DNA of 64,000 nucleotides from an uncultured Chitinophagales bacterium (GTDB taxonomy: Bacteria; Bacteroidota; Bacteroidia; Chitinophagales; UBA8649), in assembly GCA_963932515.1 (NCBI GenBank), contig CAWVRT010000006.1, positions 9,305 to 73,304 of the forward strand, given 5' to 3'. Position 1 is the first letter of the stretch. Every line of letters begins with the position of its first letter. A program made the position numbers and the translations under genes. Below the pieces are notes generated by a model. It was not told where the DNA came from, did not search any database, and saw only the letters and a program-made list of their open reading frames with translations. Of the stretch, positions 48,801-58,826 are shown in pieces.

Positions 48801-49193
48801 TAATGTTTCATTTTCTGTAAATCTTCTAGAAGTTTCTTTTACAACAGCAAAAGCTTGTGGTAAAATTTGTTTTAAAATTTCTTCAATTTTTACATCTTTC
48901 TCTTTAATTAGGATATCTACTTGATTAAATATTTCTTCTTTATCGTCTAAGTCGATTTTTATATCATCTGCTTTTTCTCTTAAAGCTACAATTTGAGCTT
49001 CTACATCTGCAGTGTAATCTGTTATTTGCTTTTTGAATGCAGCCGTTTTTGCTCTTAATTCATCATTACTAATTGAATTAAGTTTTGCATATTCTAGATT
49101 TATCTGATCTACAACTGGTTGAATTGCTTTTACATCTTTCTCATGTTTATTTCCAAATACTTTCCCAAAAACTTTCTCTAAAAAATTTGTCAT
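45882..49193 (-). CDS. secA: Preprotein translocase ATPase SecA
   Basis: 1103 aa. Carries MTGTAETEA, ATNMAGRGTDI and the C-terminal zinc motif CPCGSGKKFKQCHG. Confidence 0.95.
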   Translation of the reverse strand: MTNFLEKVFGKVFGNKHEKDVKAIQPVVDQINLEYAKLNSISNDELRAKTAAFKKQITDYTADVEAQIVALREKADDIKIDLDDKEEIFNQVDILIKEKDVKIEEILKQILPQAFAVVKETSRRFTENETLSSTATDFDKDLAVSGDFVKIEGDKAIYKNQWKAAGVEVDWNMIHYDVQLVGGVVLHEGKIAEMMTGEGKTLVSTLPAYLNALPELGVHIVTVNNYLSIRDSEWNAPIFNFLGLRVDCVDKHQPNSDGRRHAYNADITYGTNNEFGFDYLRDNMASNKDDLVQRKLHFTMIDEVDSVLVDDARTPLIISGAVEKSDEKQFYDLKPRIHKLVEAQKKIASTNLIQAKKLIKEGVTGYKPGEGGFALLKAFRALPKNKPLIKYLSEPGIKQILLKTENYYMQDSNKEMPIVDEELLFVIEEKQNSVEFKEEGVDMITASGEDKEFFIVPDVGSEMVEIDKQNLPEEEKIAIKDQLLQNFAIKTERLHSINQLLKAYTLFDKEIEYVVIDDKVKIVDENTGRIMDGRRYSDGLHQAIEAKENVKVEAASQTLATVTLQNFFRMYHKLSGMTGTAETEAQEFWDIYKLDVVAIPTNKPLARQDHEDLIYKTTREKFNAIAIEIERLSKEGRPVLVGTASIDVSELISRMLNMKGIKHNVLNAKQHAREADIVAEAGKPGAVTIATNMAGRGTDIKLPPEVIKAGGLAIIGSERHDSRRIDRQLRGRAGRQGDPGSSQFFISLEDRLMRLFGSDRISKWMDRLGFKEGEVIQHSMISKNVETAQKKVEENNFGVRKRLLEYDDIMNTQREVIYKKRKNALFGERLSVDIMNTMYDLSEELVAINKQSEDYENFKLDVIRYFALDTHITEEDFKEKDLEVVSEKLFNEVEETYKRKMDFVAKRTLPIFRQIHTDRGASVKNIVVPFTNGVKGVNVTVSLEKNIKRQGTLTMTEFEKTVSLSMIDESWKDNLRQMDSLKQEVQNASLEQKDPLLVYKLEAFNLFKEMISEINRDISSFLFKGNIPIESADDVKTTNQEARRSPVKQLEMSRGGGESSDNTQQEEPKKAEPIRVAPKTGRNDTCPCGSGKKFKQCHGKQEA

Positions 49194-49251
49194 TTTATCT
49201 TTATCTTAAAACTATCTATTCAATTAGATAGTGTATTTTTAAATTGATTTA

Positions 49252-49259
49252 CAAAAGTA
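49252..49259 (-). promoter_or_regulatory. Candidate -7 box TACTTTTG for secA
   Basis: Exact TAnnTTTG on the minus strand, 59 nt upstream of the ATG. The predicted leader contains the 8-bp inverted repeat ACTATCTA-N6-TAGATAGT (49211-49232). Confidence 0.4.
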
Positions 49260-49448
49260 AATTTTTAGCTACTATTATTAACAAAAAAACTACTTTTTTA
49301 TAAAAAACTAATAAATCAAAAGTTATTCCAATAGAAAGATATGGTAATTTTGGCAGTCTCTTGATATTTATTCTAAAATGTCAATCAAATATTCATAACT
49401 TTTTAGCATAGTTGCAACATTTAGTTTTTCTTTGCAAAAAATTACACC

Positions 49449-50726
49449 ATGAATATTCTAATTTTAGGTTCAGGCGGAAGAGAACATGCTTTCACTTGGA
49501 AAATAGCTCAAAGTTCAAAAACTGACAATCTATTTATCGCTCCAGGAAATGCTGGAACTGCTTCTTTAGGAACGAATGTCGCTTTAGACATCTTAGACTT
49601 TGACGCATTGGCAAAATTCTCTTTAACCGAAAATATCGAAATGATTGTTGTAGGGCCTGAAGCTCCTTTAGTGAATGGTATTTATGATTTTTTTAAATCT
49701 GAGGATACTTTAAAACACATCAACATTATTGGCCCTTCTAAACAAGGCGCAACATTAGAAGGAAGTAAGACTTTTGCCAAAGAATTTATGTTAAAATATG
49801 ATATTCCTACTGCTGGTTATAATGAGTTTGACGAAAACAATTTAGAAGAAGGTTTAGTGTTTATAGATAATAATAAGCCTCCTTTTGTTTTAAAAGCAGA
49901 TGGTTTAGCTGGTGGCAAAGGTGTTATTATTACTTCTGATAAAGAAGAAGCTAAAACAGAACTAAAAGCTATGATTTCTGAATCTAAATTTGGTTATGCT
50001 AGTAGTAAAGTTATTATTGAAGAATTTTTAGATGGTATTGAATTTTCAGTATTTGTTCTTTCTGATGGTGAAAACTATCAAATTTTACCTATTGCTAAAG
50101 ATTATAAGCGAATTAGTGAAGGTGATAAAGGATTAAATACCGGTGGTATGGGAGCGGTTTCTCCTGTTCCGTTTGTTTCTGAAGAATTAATGGAAACTGT
50201 AAAAGAAAAAGTTATTATTCCTACTATTGAAGGAATGAAAAAAGAAAATATTGTTTATAAAGGATTCTATTATATAGGATTAATCTTAGTAAATGGCGAA
50301 GCTAAAGTCATAGAATACAATTGTAGAATGGGTGACCCTGAAACGCAAGTTGTTCTGCCTTTAATAGAAAGTGATTTAGTAGAATTATTTACACATTGCG
50401 GAAATGGTACTTTAGATCAAATTAAAATTAAAAATAGTACTAAGACGGCTGTAACTTTAGTTATAGCAGCTAATGGCTATCCTGAGAGTTATAAAAAAGG
50501 AATCGAGCTTTCTAATTTAAAGAATTCAACAGATACGATAGTTTTTCATGCAGGAACAAAATTAGCTGGTGATAAAATTCTTTCTAATGGTGGAAGAGTC
50601 TTAACAGTGACTTCTTTTGGTACTGGAATTAAAGACACGGTAAACAAATCTTTGAAAGTTTGTGAGTCTATAGTTTTTGAAGGGAAATATTATAGAAAAG
50701 ATATTGGTTACGAATTTATAGATTAA
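49449..50726 (+). CDS. purD: Phosphoribosylamine--glycine ligase
   Basis: ILGSGGREHA N-terminus and an ATP-grasp core. Confidence 0.9.
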   Translation: MNILILGSGGREHAFTWKIAQSSKTDNLFIAPGNAGTASLGTNVALDILDFDALAKFSLTENIEMIVVGPEAPLVNGIYDFFKSEDTLKHINIIGPSKQGATLEGSKTFAKEFMLKYDIPTAGYNEFDENNLEEGLVFIDNNKPPFVLKADGLAGGKGVIITSDKEEAKTELKAMISESKFGYASSKVIIEEFLDGIEFSVFVLSDGENYQILPIAKDYKRISEGDKGLNTGGMGAVSPVPFVSEELMETVKEKVIIPTIEGMKKENIVYKGFYYIGLILVNGEAKVIEYNCRMGDPETQVVLPLIESDLVELFTHCGNGTLDQIKIKNSTKTAVTLVIAANGYPESYKKGIELSNLKNSTDTIVFHAGTKLAGDKILSNGGRVLTVTSFGTGIKDTVNKSLKVCESIVFEGKYYRKDIGYEFID

Positions 50727-50774
50727 ATTTTACGCTATCATTATTAAAAAATACTGATTTCATTTCTACCAAAC

Positions 50775-50805
50775 AAAAAAAAGCTACTCAATGAGTAGCT
50801 TTTTT
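50775..50805. terminator. Bidirectional rho-independent terminator between purD and the T9SS adhesin gene
   Basis: Stem AAAAAAAAGCTACTC / GAGTAGCTTTTTT with loop AAT. Confidence 0.75.
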
Positions 50806-50823
50806 AATTTATAGATTTTAGTA

Positions 50824-53800
50824 TTATTTACTAATTGTAATTTTATTGACAGATTTAGCATCTCTATTACTTATTTCTAAGAAATAAATTCCGCTAGATA
50901 AATCTTGTACCACTATTTGCTCTGTAAAAATTCCGTTTACATTTATAAAAGAATTACTATAAACTTCTTTGCCAATTGTATTGATCATTGAAATTTCAAA
51001 ATCTAAAGATTCTGATGTTTCAAAAGAAACTGTAAATGTACCGTTTGAAGGGTTTGGATAAATCACTAATTCATTCAAAGCAATTTCACCAATAGCAATT
51101 GCTTGAGCAACTTCAACAGTTACCGTATATATACAATCATTTTCATCTTCAATAGTACAAGTATAAGAACCTGCGCTTAAGCCTGAAGCCGCAGAGGTTG
51201 TTTGCCCTGTTGGATTCCACAAATAAGTATAAGAACCTGAACCACCAGCAACTACAACCGAAGCTGTACCATCATTTCCAGAAGCAGATTCAGCTGTGCT
51301 AGAAGAAGTTGCTGTAAGTATTGCAGCATCTGCAATTGTAACAATTGCAGAAGTTACAGAACACATGTTAGCATCTGTAACAGTCAATTGGTAAGAACTA
51401 GCAGCTAAACTTGTTGGAGCTAAAGAAGTACTAGTACTATTTGTCCAAGAAATATTTATAGCACCTATCCCACCAACAACACTTGCTGTAATAGTACCAT
51501 CATTAGCATCAAAACAAGTAACATCTGTAAAATCATATATAGATACAACTATCTCAACTGGTTCGTTAATATTAATAACCGTAGAAGAAACTGAAGGACA
51601 CCCTGCAGCATCAGTTACTGTTAATTGATAAGTACCACCAGATAAATTTTGAGCATCTTCAACATCTGAAGCATTATCCCAATCAAAAGATAAAGCGCCA
51701 TTTCCACCAGTAGTCGTAACTAAAATATTTCCATTATTATCTCCAAAACAAGTAACATCATTTTGATTATCAATATTTATGTTTATAGCATCTGGTTCAG
51801 TAATCATAACTGTTGAAGTTGTTACAGAAGGACATCCGGCATCTGTTACTGTTAATGCATAAGAACCATTATCTAAACTAGAAGCATCTTCATTGTTTCC
51901 GCCTCCATTTGTCCAAACATAAGAATTATTACCATTTCCCCCAGTTACTGTTACATGAATAGAACCATCATTTGCTCCATTACAAGAAACATCAGAAGAG
52001 TTATCTACTACTGCAATTAATTGATCGGGCTGTGTAATTTCAATAGGACCTAAAGAATACGTACATGAACTAGATACATCTGTAATAAGTACTGAATATG
52101 TGCCAGCACCTAAATTACTTCTATCTCCTACATTTGTAGCAGAAGTTTGATCTGACCATAAATAGCTAAGATTGATTCCACCACCAATAACTTGGGTATT
52201 TATAACTCCATTATTCCCATTATAGCAAGAAACATTAGTTGGAATTCCATCTAAAATTGCAGAAAATCCTGAAGAATTGTTTACCGTATTAATACCTGTC
52301 CCCATACAACCATTAGCATCTGTAGCTATTACTGTATATGTTCCTGTAGGAATATTTGAAATTATAGCTCCAGAACCTAAAGGAGCCCAAGTGTAAGTAT
52401 ATGTACCCACACCTCCAGTTGCTACTGCAGTAGCACTGCCATCTGGAGAAGCACAGTTTGTAACATTTGTTGTCGTTACATTCACATTTATTGTAGGACA
52501 TAAACAACTAACGGCAGCATTAAATACACCATTTTCAGTATAATCACATGAAGTTTGTGTTGTAAATGATGTAGTTACATTCACTGCCGCTCCATCAGAA
52601 TTTAATCCAATTAAAGTAACTGTTTGAGGTGAAGTTCCAATAGCAAAATTTTGACCGTTTACAGTTAAGAAACCAGTAGTTGGAGCATTAGCATAAGTAA
52701 CTATTACTTCTTGAGTATACATATTTGTAGTATTCACACAAGGCGTTTGTGAGCCAGCAGAAATATCAGATATAGAACAAGGAGCTGTATTACCACATAA
52801 CACATTCGTGCTATCTACAAAGTTTACAGAAATAGTTGTCGCGATAGAATCACATATAATTCCAGAAGCATCAAAATTGTAAACTGTTATATCCCACATT
52901 CCCTGAAGAACACCGTAACCATTACTAGATAAAATCCCTTCTATATCATTATCAAAAGTAAATGGAAAACTATTTACATTAATGATACTAAAACCACCAG
53001 TTAAGCCCCCAGTACCACCTGGAGCATCACTAAAGACTACTGTATAAGATCCTGGAGTAGATTCTGTACCATCTAAGACTATAGAATCGTTTGAATTTGA
53101 ACAAATTGTCATTACTGAAGGAGATGTTAAAACACCAGCAACACAAGGTGCAGGAGGTAAACATGTCGCTGGATTTGGTCCACAAGTAACTGTAGGTGTT
53201 CCATTATCAATAGCATTTCCAGCTAGACACCCCATTCCTGCTTCATGTATAAATATCGTATATGTACCACTTTCAGTAGCAGTCCAAGCTAATGAACAGT
53301 TCATAGCAAAAGTACCAGTAGCTCCTAAATTAAAAGCATCAACGGCTCCACTTGGAGCAATAATAGTTAAAGCTGGAATCCAAGCACCTGCACCATTTCC
53401 TGAACAAATATCAAATACATAATCAAACCCTGATTGTACATTATCTAAAAGATAAGACTCAGAAGCCCAAGCACCAAAAGTAACAGCAGTTGGAGTACAT
53501 CCTGTTCCATCATCACAAGGTGCACCACCTGCATTATTTAATTCTCCAAATGGACCCGTCGCAGAAGTACAAGGAGTTCCTGTAGGAGGCGTTACTGAGC
53601 ACAAAGGATCCGATGGAGCTAAGAAATTAACTGTAAAGTTTCCTACAGTCAATACCCCTCCACAAAAAACTGTAGAACCAGAATCAGTAGCAAACCCACT
53701 AACAGTATAAGAATCATAAGGAATAGCATTTACTCCTAAGGCTGCATTCAAGTCTCCAAAATAATTTGTAACTCCAGTTGCAAAATAAAATGAATCTATC

Positions 53801-54810
53801 ATTGTATTACTTTGAAAAAACCATCCATAAATTTCACCCGCATTTACTACTTCATTTCCATCAGTAGCCAATTGTACTGAATCTCCAACGCAAATATTTT
53901 GTATGGTACCATTTAAAGCCGCTAAAACATCTCCGTTGTTGCAAGCAGGAGCTGGTCCACATGAAGGATCTGTAAAAGGAACAAAATTAACAATTATTGA
54001 ATCTACTGAAGTACTACAATAACCTCCTGAACCATCAACAGCTCTTGTTCTCATAGACCAGTTACCTGACAATAGAGGTAATGGAGTTGATTGACCAGAC
54101 AACACGCCATTCAAATCACTATTTGCAGTATATGGAAAAGAAGCTATTTGTGTTAAAGTAATAGCAGCACCTGTTCCTCCTGTTGCTCCTGCTAAAGGAG
54201 AAAACAAAATCCCATAATTAGCTGGAGTGGTTTCAGTTCCATCAGTTGCAACTGTAAAAGAATCAGTTGGACACACTGTAAATGGTGAACCTACTGTTAC
54301 GATTACTCCTGCATCACAAGGAGGAGCGATAGATGTAATAGTAACCGTCATGATATAACTAGAATTAACTCCATCAGCTGTACACCCTGAAGGAGCCCAT
54401 TCTGTCAAATAAACAAAAACATCTCCAATTGCTGTAGCAGTATAATTTAGTTCAGATGGTCCAAATCCACTTGTTCCAGTTGTGGGGCAAAAATCATCAT
54501 TAAAACCAACACTTACGGCCGCCGCAGAATTTACATCTAACATTGTTAACTGAGAGTCATCAATACCATCTGCTTGTGCTACACCGGCGTTGGTTGGACA
54601 CATGCTAATAGTATAAAAAGTACCTACGGCTGGTGCAGTAATTCTTACAACATTTCCTGTTGGAACATTAGTAAAAGTTTGTGTTCCTGTTATTCCAGTA
54701 ACCGTACCAAAAACTGGTTGAACACCAGCTGGAATACATTGAGCAATAGAACTTATTGAAAACACTGTTAAAAGTGTCGTCAATAAAAAAGTAGTCATTT
54801 TCTTCATCAT
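50824..54810 (-). CDS. Large T9SS-secreted surface protein/adhesin with SprB-type repeats and a type A C-terminal sorting domain
   Basis: 1328 aa with a signal peptide. Cys-rich N-terminal region with an internal duplication. About six repeats of the form C.G.NDG.I.V.V.GG.G..SY.W.....L..G.Y.LTVTDA.GC. C-terminus LVIYPNPSNGTFTVSF...GIYFLEISN...KITISK, which resembles Por_Secre_tail/TIGR04183. Confidence 0.8.
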   Translation of the reverse strand: MMKKMTTFLLTTLLTVFSISSIAQCIPAGVQPVFGTVTGITGTQTFTNVPTGNVVRITAPAVGTFYTISMCPTNAGVAQADGIDDSQLTMLDVNSAAAVSVGFNDDFCPTTGTSGFGPSELNYTATAIGDVFVYLTEWAPSGCTADGVNSSYIMTVTITSIAPPCDAGVIVTVGSPFTVCPTDSFTVATDGTETTPANYGILFSPLAGATGGTGAAITLTQIASFPYTANSDLNGVLSGQSTPLPLLSGNWSMRTRAVDGSGGYCSTSVDSIIVNFVPFTDPSCGPAPACNNGDVLAALNGTIQNICVGDSVQLATDGNEVVNAGEIYGWFFQSNTMIDSFYFATGVTNYFGDLNAALGVNAIPYDSYTVSGFATDSGSTVFCGGVLTVGNFTVNFLAPSDPLCSVTPPTGTPCTSATGPFGELNNAGGAPCDDGTGCTPTAVTFGAWASESYLLDNVQSGFDYVFDICSGNGAGAWIPALTIIAPSGAVDAFNLGATGTFAMNCSLAWTATESGTYTIFIHEAGMGCLAGNAIDNGTPTVTCGPNPATCLPPAPCVAGVLTSPSVMTICSNSNDSIVLDGTESTPGSYTVVFSDAPGGTGGLTGGFSIINVNSFPFTFDNDIEGILSSNGYGVLQGMWDITVYNFDASGIICDSIATTISVNFVDSTNVLCGNTAPCSISDISAGSQTPCVNTTNMYTQEVIVTYANAPTTGFLTVNGQNFAIGTSPQTVTLIGLNSDGAAVNVTTSFTTQTSCDYTENGVFNAAVSCLCPTINVNVTTTNVTNCASPDGSATAVATGGVGTYTYTWAPLGSGAIISNIPTGTYTVIATDANGCMGTGINTVNNSSGFSAILDGIPTNVSCYNGNNGVINTQVIGGGINLSYLWSDQTSATNVGDRSNLGAGTYSVLITDVSSSCTYSLGPIEITQPDQLIAVVDNSSDVSCNGANDGSIHVTVTGGNGNNSYVWTNGGGNNEDASSLDNGSYALTVTDAGCPSVTTSTVMITEPDAININIDNQNDVTCFGDNNGNILVTTTGGNGALSFDWDNASDVEDAQNLSGGTYQLTVTDAAGCPSVSSTVININEPVEIVVSIYDFTDVTCFDANDGTITASVVGGIGAINISWTNSTSTSLAPTSLAASSYQLTVTDANMCSVTSAIVTIADAAILTATSSSTAESASGNDGTASVVVAGGSGSYTYLWNPTGQTTSAASGLSAGSYTCTIEDENDCIYTVTVEVAQAIAIGEIALNELVIYPNPSNGTFTVSFETSESLDFEISMINTIGKEVYSNSFINVNGIFTEQIVVQDLSSGIYFLEISNRDAKSVNKITISK
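51133..52453 (-). repeat. Tandem SprB-like protein repeats (about 6 copies of about 70 aa) within the adhesin gene
   Basis: Copies start at CASPDGSATAVATGG, CYNGNNGVINTQVIGG, CNGANDGSIHVTVTGG, CFGDNNGNILVTTTGG, CFDANDGTITASVVGG and SGNDGTASVVVAGG. Coordinates are anchored on the first Cys codon (52451-52453) and the last Cys codon (51133-51135). Confidence 0.6.
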
Positions 54811-54857
54811 AAAAAATTTATTTAGTTATAAAGTATAATATTTGTTAGGGGTTCTTT

Positions 54858-54865
54858 CAAAAGTA
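54858..54865 (-). promoter_or_regulatory. Candidate -7 box TACTTTTG for the adhesin gene
   Basis: Exact TAnnTTTG on the minus strand, 48 nt upstream of the ATG at 54810. Confidence 0.4.
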
Positions 54866-54876
54866 TACTTTTTTTG

Positions 54877-56283
54877 TTATTTTCCAACCATTTTACTAGG
54901 ATCTACCCATAAATCGAATTCTTCTTCTGTTAAATAACCTAAACCTAGGGCCATTTCTTTTAAAGTAGTTCCTTGTTCATGCGCTTTAGTTGCAATTTCA
55001 GCAGATTTATAATATCCGATTTTAGTATTTAAAGCAGTTACTAGCATTAGAGAATTATCTAAATTATACTTAATTCTATCATGGTTTGGTTCTAAACCAA
55101 CAGCACAATTTTCATTAAATGAAGCACAAGCATCGCCAATTAATCTGGCAGATTGTAAGAAATTCATAATCATCATAGGCTTAAAAACATTTAATTCAAA
55201 ATGCCCAGAAGCACCTCCGATATTTATTGCTACATCATTACCTAAAATTTGAGCGGCAACCATTGTTAATGCTTCTGCTTGCGTAGGGTTCACTTTTCCT
55301 GGCATAATAGAAGAACCTGGTTCATTTGCTGGAATGATTAATTCACCAATACCACATCTTGGACCTGACGCTAACATTCTAATATCATTACCAATTTTCA
55401 TTAAACTTACTGCTACCGTTTTTAAAGCACCATGTGTTTCTACTATAGCATCATGTGCAGCTAAAGCTTCAAATTTGTTTTCTGCTGTTACAAATGGTAA
55501 GCCTGAAATTTCTGCTATGTTTTTTGCTACTAATTCTGAGTATCCTTTTGGGGTATTGATTCCTGTCCCAACTGCAGTACCACCTAATGCCAATTCTGCT
55601 AAATGGTCTAATGTATGTCCTATTGCTTTTAAACCATGATTTAATTGAGAAACATATCCTGATAATTCTTGACCTACAGTTATAGGTGTTGCATCCATAA
55701 AATGGGTTCTTCCAATTTTTACTATATCATCAAATTCTACTGCTTTTGCTTGTAAAGTATCTCTTAACTCCACAATTCCAGGAATAGTTACTTCCATTAA
55801 CATGCTATAAGCTGCAATATGCATAGCGGTAGGAAAAGTATCATTTGAAGATTGAGATTTATTTACATCATCATTTGGATGCATAAATTTTTTCTCATCA
55901 GTTAATTTCCCTCCTTTTAAAACATGTGCTCTATTAGAAACTACTTCATTTACATTCATGTTTGATTGAGTTCCTGAACCTGTTTGCCAAACGACTAAAG
56001 GAAATTGATCATCTAGTTTTCCTGTCAATATTTCATCGCAAACCATTCCAATATAGTCAGATTTTTCTTTATCCAATCCACCAATTTCAGCATTTGTTAA
56101 AGCTGCAGCTTTTTTTAATACCGCAAATGCTCTAATAATTTCTCTGGGCATTTTATCATTCTCAACATTTATTTTAAAGTTTTGCGTTGATCTTTGAGTT
56201 TGTGCTCCCCAATATGCATCTTTCGGTACATCTACATAACCTAATGTGTCTTTTTCTTTTCTCATTGTATTTTTTTTAGTCAT
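54877..56283 (-). CDS. fumC: Class II fumarate hydratase
   Basis: [13 protein letters not shown] signature and [22 protein letters not shown]. An alternative start at Met7 (56265) is possible. Confidence 0.9.
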   Translation of the reverse strand: MTKKNTMRKEKDTLGYVDVPKDAYWGAQTQRSTQNFKINVENDKMPREIIRAFAVLKKAAALTNAEIGGLDKEKSDYIGMVCDEILTGKLDDQFPLVVWQTGSGTQSNMNVNEVVSNRAHVLKGGKLTDEKKFMHPNDDVNKSQSSNDTFPTAMHIAAYSMLMEVTIPGIVELRDTLQAKAVEFDDIVKIGRTHFMDATPITVGQELSGYVSQLNHGLKAIGHTLDHLAELALGGTAVGTGINTPKGYSELVAKNIAEISGLPFVTAENKFEALAAHDAIVETHGALKTVAVSLMKIGNDIRMLASGPRCGIGELIIPANEPGSSIMPGKVNPTQAEALTMVAAQILGNDVAINIGGASGHFELNVFKPMMIMNFLQSARLIGDACASFNENCAVGLEPNHDRIKYNLDNSLMLVTALNTKIGYYKSAEIATKAHEQGTTLKEMALGLGYLTEEEFDLWVDPSKMVGK

Positions 56284-56327
56284 TAGCTATTAGAAGATTA
56301 TACCTTATCTAATATCCGTTTTCTTTT

Positions 56328-57110
56328 TTATTCTCCTTTAAAATCTGCTTTTCTTTTTTCCATAAAAGCAGTAGTTCCTTCCATAAAATCTTTTGTTCCG
56401 AAACACTCACCAAAAAGTTCTATTTCCTTTTTATACCCATCTACGCCAACTTTAAAATGTGCATTTACTGCTTGAATAGCTTTTGCAATAGCTAAAGGGG
56501 AATTTTTAGAAATTTTCTTCATAATCCCTTCTGCTTTTGGTATTAATTCTTCTAAACTTACAACATAGTTTACCAATCCTAAAGATTGTGCTTCTACTGC
56601 TTTTATCATAGAGGAAGTCATCATCATTTCTAAAGCTTTTCCTTTACCAACTAACTGCGTTAAACGTTGCGTTCCGCCATACCCAGGAATAAGTCCTAAA
56701 CTTAATTCTGGCAAACCAAACAATGCAATATCACTAGCTATTCTTAAATGACAAGCCATTGCTAACTCACAACCACCACCTAAAGCATAGCCATTTACAC
56801 AGGCGATAACAGGTTTTAAAGATTCTTCTATTTTATCAAATAAAATTGCTTGTCCGTTTGAAGCTAATAACATGCCTTCTTTTACATTAAAAGAAGCAAA
56901 TTCTTTAATGTCTGCGCCAGCAACAAAGGCTTTTTCTCCTGACCCAGTTAATATAGCGCCTACTAAACTTTCATCTTCTTCTAAAGTGTTGATAGTTTGA
57001 CTTAATTCTGTTATTGTTTCAGAATTTAAGGCATTTAAGTTCTTAGGTCTATTGATGGTAATATAAAGAATATTATTTTTCTTTTCTACTAATAAGTTTT
57101 TATAATCCAT
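56328..57110 (-). CDS. Enoyl-CoA hydratase/isomerase (crotonase) family protein
   Basis: 260 aa. Carries GSGEKAFVAGADI and GYALGGGCELAMACH. Confidence 0.85.
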   Translation of the reverse strand: MDYKNLLVEKKNNILYITINRPKNLNALNSETITELSQTINTLEEDESLVGAILTGSGEKAFVAGADIKEFASFNVKEGMLLASNGQAILFDKIEESLKPVIACVNGYALGGGCELAMACHLRIASDIALFGLPELSLGLIPGYGGTQRLTQLVGKGKALEMMMTSSMIKAVEAQSLGLVNYVVSLEELIPKAEGIMKKISKNSPLAIAKAIQAVNAHFKVGVDGYKKEIELFGECFGTKDFMEGTTAFMEKRKADFKGE

Positions 57111-57133
57111 TTTTGATTTTTAATTTTATCCAA

Positions 57134-57141
57134 CAAAGTTA
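57134..57141 (-). promoter_or_regulatory. Candidate -7 box TAACTTTG for the crotonase-fumC pair
   Basis: Exact TAnnTTTG on the minus strand, 24 nt upstream of the ATG at 57110. Confidence 0.45.
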
Positions 57142-57392
57142 AGGTTCATAAGCGGTTTTTTATATGATTTATACTATAAGTTGTAAACAGCTCATTATCC
57201 TTTACTGCTAGACAACTGAGAAAACTAAATCATTACAACTATTGCTTTTTAATATCCAAACTATGAAGTACAAACTAAAGAATATACCTAAATATTTTTT
57301 GAAGATTTTAAATTTACGACTCTAAAGAAAGTATTGTTTATATAAAAGGAGTGTATATTGGCTTGACCTGCATACTGCACCATAAATATTCT

Positions 57393-58049
57393 CTAATTTT
57401 CAAAAGCATATTGAAGAATATTTGCTCCCATCTGTAATGCTTTTTGCCGTTTTTCGATAGAGTCATTGTGTACTGCAGGATCCTCCCAACCGTCGCCTAA
57501 GTCACACTCATAATCATAAAAAACGACTAACCTTCCTTTATAAAACAAACCATAACCAATTGGTGCCTTATCATCATGTTTATGAATTTTTGGGAGTCCG
57601 TTATTGAATTGAAATGCTTGATGGTAAATTGGGTGAGAAAAAGGTAATTCCACTAATTCTTGTTCTGGAAATACGGATTTAATAGCTAGTCTAAAATATT
57701 GATCCATGCCATAATTATCAGAAACATGTAAAAACCCTCCTCCTATTAAATAGTTTCGTAGATTTTGTGCTTCTTGGCTTGAAAAAACAACATTTCCATG
57801 CCCTGTCATATCTAAGAAAGGATAGTTGAAAATATCAGCACTACCGACTTCTACAGTCATTGGTTCTGTATTAATTTTTGTATTTAAATTCTTATTTGTA
57901 AAATTAATTAGATTGGGTAATGCAGTCTGATTTGCATACCAATCACCACCACCATTATATTTTAACAAAGCTATTTCAAAACTGCTTTGCGCCACTAAAA
58001 TAGTTTGCATTAAAACAAATAGCCAAAATATTATTAATTTAATAGTCAT
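57393..58049 (-). CDS. DUF4159-like secreted protein
   Basis: Signal peptide, then IALLKYNGGGDWYANQTALPNLINF, which I recall as characteristic of DUF4159. Confidence 0.45.
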   Translation of the reverse strand: MTIKLIIFWLFVLMQTILVAQSSFEIALLKYNGGGDWYANQTALPNLINFTNKNLNTKINTEPMTVEVGSADIFNYPFLDMTGHGNVVFSSQEAQNLRNYLIGGGFLHVSDNYGMDQYFRLAIKSVFPEQELVELPFSHPIYHQAFQFNNGLPKIHKHDDKAPIGYGLFYKGRLVVFYDYECDLGDGWEDPAVHNDSIEKRQKALQMGANILQYAFEN

Positions 58050-58115
58050 CTAATATAATTGAATACAAAGCCTAATATTTAGGATGTGTGTTTTTTAGTC
58101 GCAAATTTAGTTCCT

Positions 58116-58826
58116 CTAAGACTGATTCATAGCATTAAAAATACTACAAGCAAATAGCGCTGCTGTCTCCGTCCTTAACCTACTACTACCTAAAGATACA
58201 GTTTTGAACCCAAATTGTTTTGCTAAGATTACTTCTTCTCTAGTAAATCCACCTTCAGGCCCAATTAAAACTAATGTTTTATTGTTAATTTTTAATTCTT
58301 TTATAAAGTTATTATCATCTTCTTCGCAGTATGCAATGTATTTTTCCTCAAAAGATTCAGAAACTTGCTCCAGAAACTTAGCAAATTTTTGAACTTCATG
58401 CACTATAGGTAGATTTATTTTAAGACTTTGCTTCATTGCGCTCAAAGCTTTGGTTTGTAACCTATCCACTTTTACTATTCTTCTTTCTGAATTTTGAGAT
58501 GTAAAAAGAAAAATTTCGTGTATTCCTATTTCTACACTTTTCTCTATAAACCATTCTATTCTAGCAATATTTTTTGTTGGCGCCATAGCAAGACTAAAAT
58601 TGTGTTTTTTTTCTTCCGATTTAATTAATTTAAAAACTTCAAGTATAGATTTCTTTTTTTCCAATGAATTAATTCTAGCACTAAACAACCCTCCTTTTCC
58701 ATTTGTTACAAATATCTCATCTCCAACATTTTTTCTTAGCACTTTAACCAAATGTTGATTTTCTTGATCTTCAATTTCAAATATTTGACCTATAGAATAT
58801 ATAATTTTAGAATAGAATAATTGCAT
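58116..58826 (-). CDS. rsmE: 16S rRNA (uracil1498-N3)-methyltransferase
   Basis: 236 aa. PUA-like N-terminus and C-terminal LIGPEGGFTREE. Confidence 0.85.
   Translation of the reverse strand: MQLFYSKIIYSIGQIFEIEDQENQHLVKVLRKNVGDEIFVTNGKGGLFSARINSLEKKKSILEVFKLIKSEEKKHNFSLAMAPTKNIARIEWFIEKSVEIGIHEIFLFTSQNSERRIVKVDRLQTKALSAMKQSLKINLPIVHEVQKFAKFLEQVSESFEEKYIAYCEEDDNNFIKELKINNKTLVLIGPEGGFTREEVILAKQFGFKTVSLGSSRLRTETAALFACSIFNAMNQS

Noticed and set aside
57111-57392. 282-bp spacer between the crotonase and DUF4159 genes, including a 20-codon ORF (MKYKLKNIPKYFLKILNLRL) and possible ncRNA
   Set aside because: Apart from the crotonase -7 box, I could not find a convincing structure, promoter or conservation signal. 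There is insufficient evidence to call a feature.
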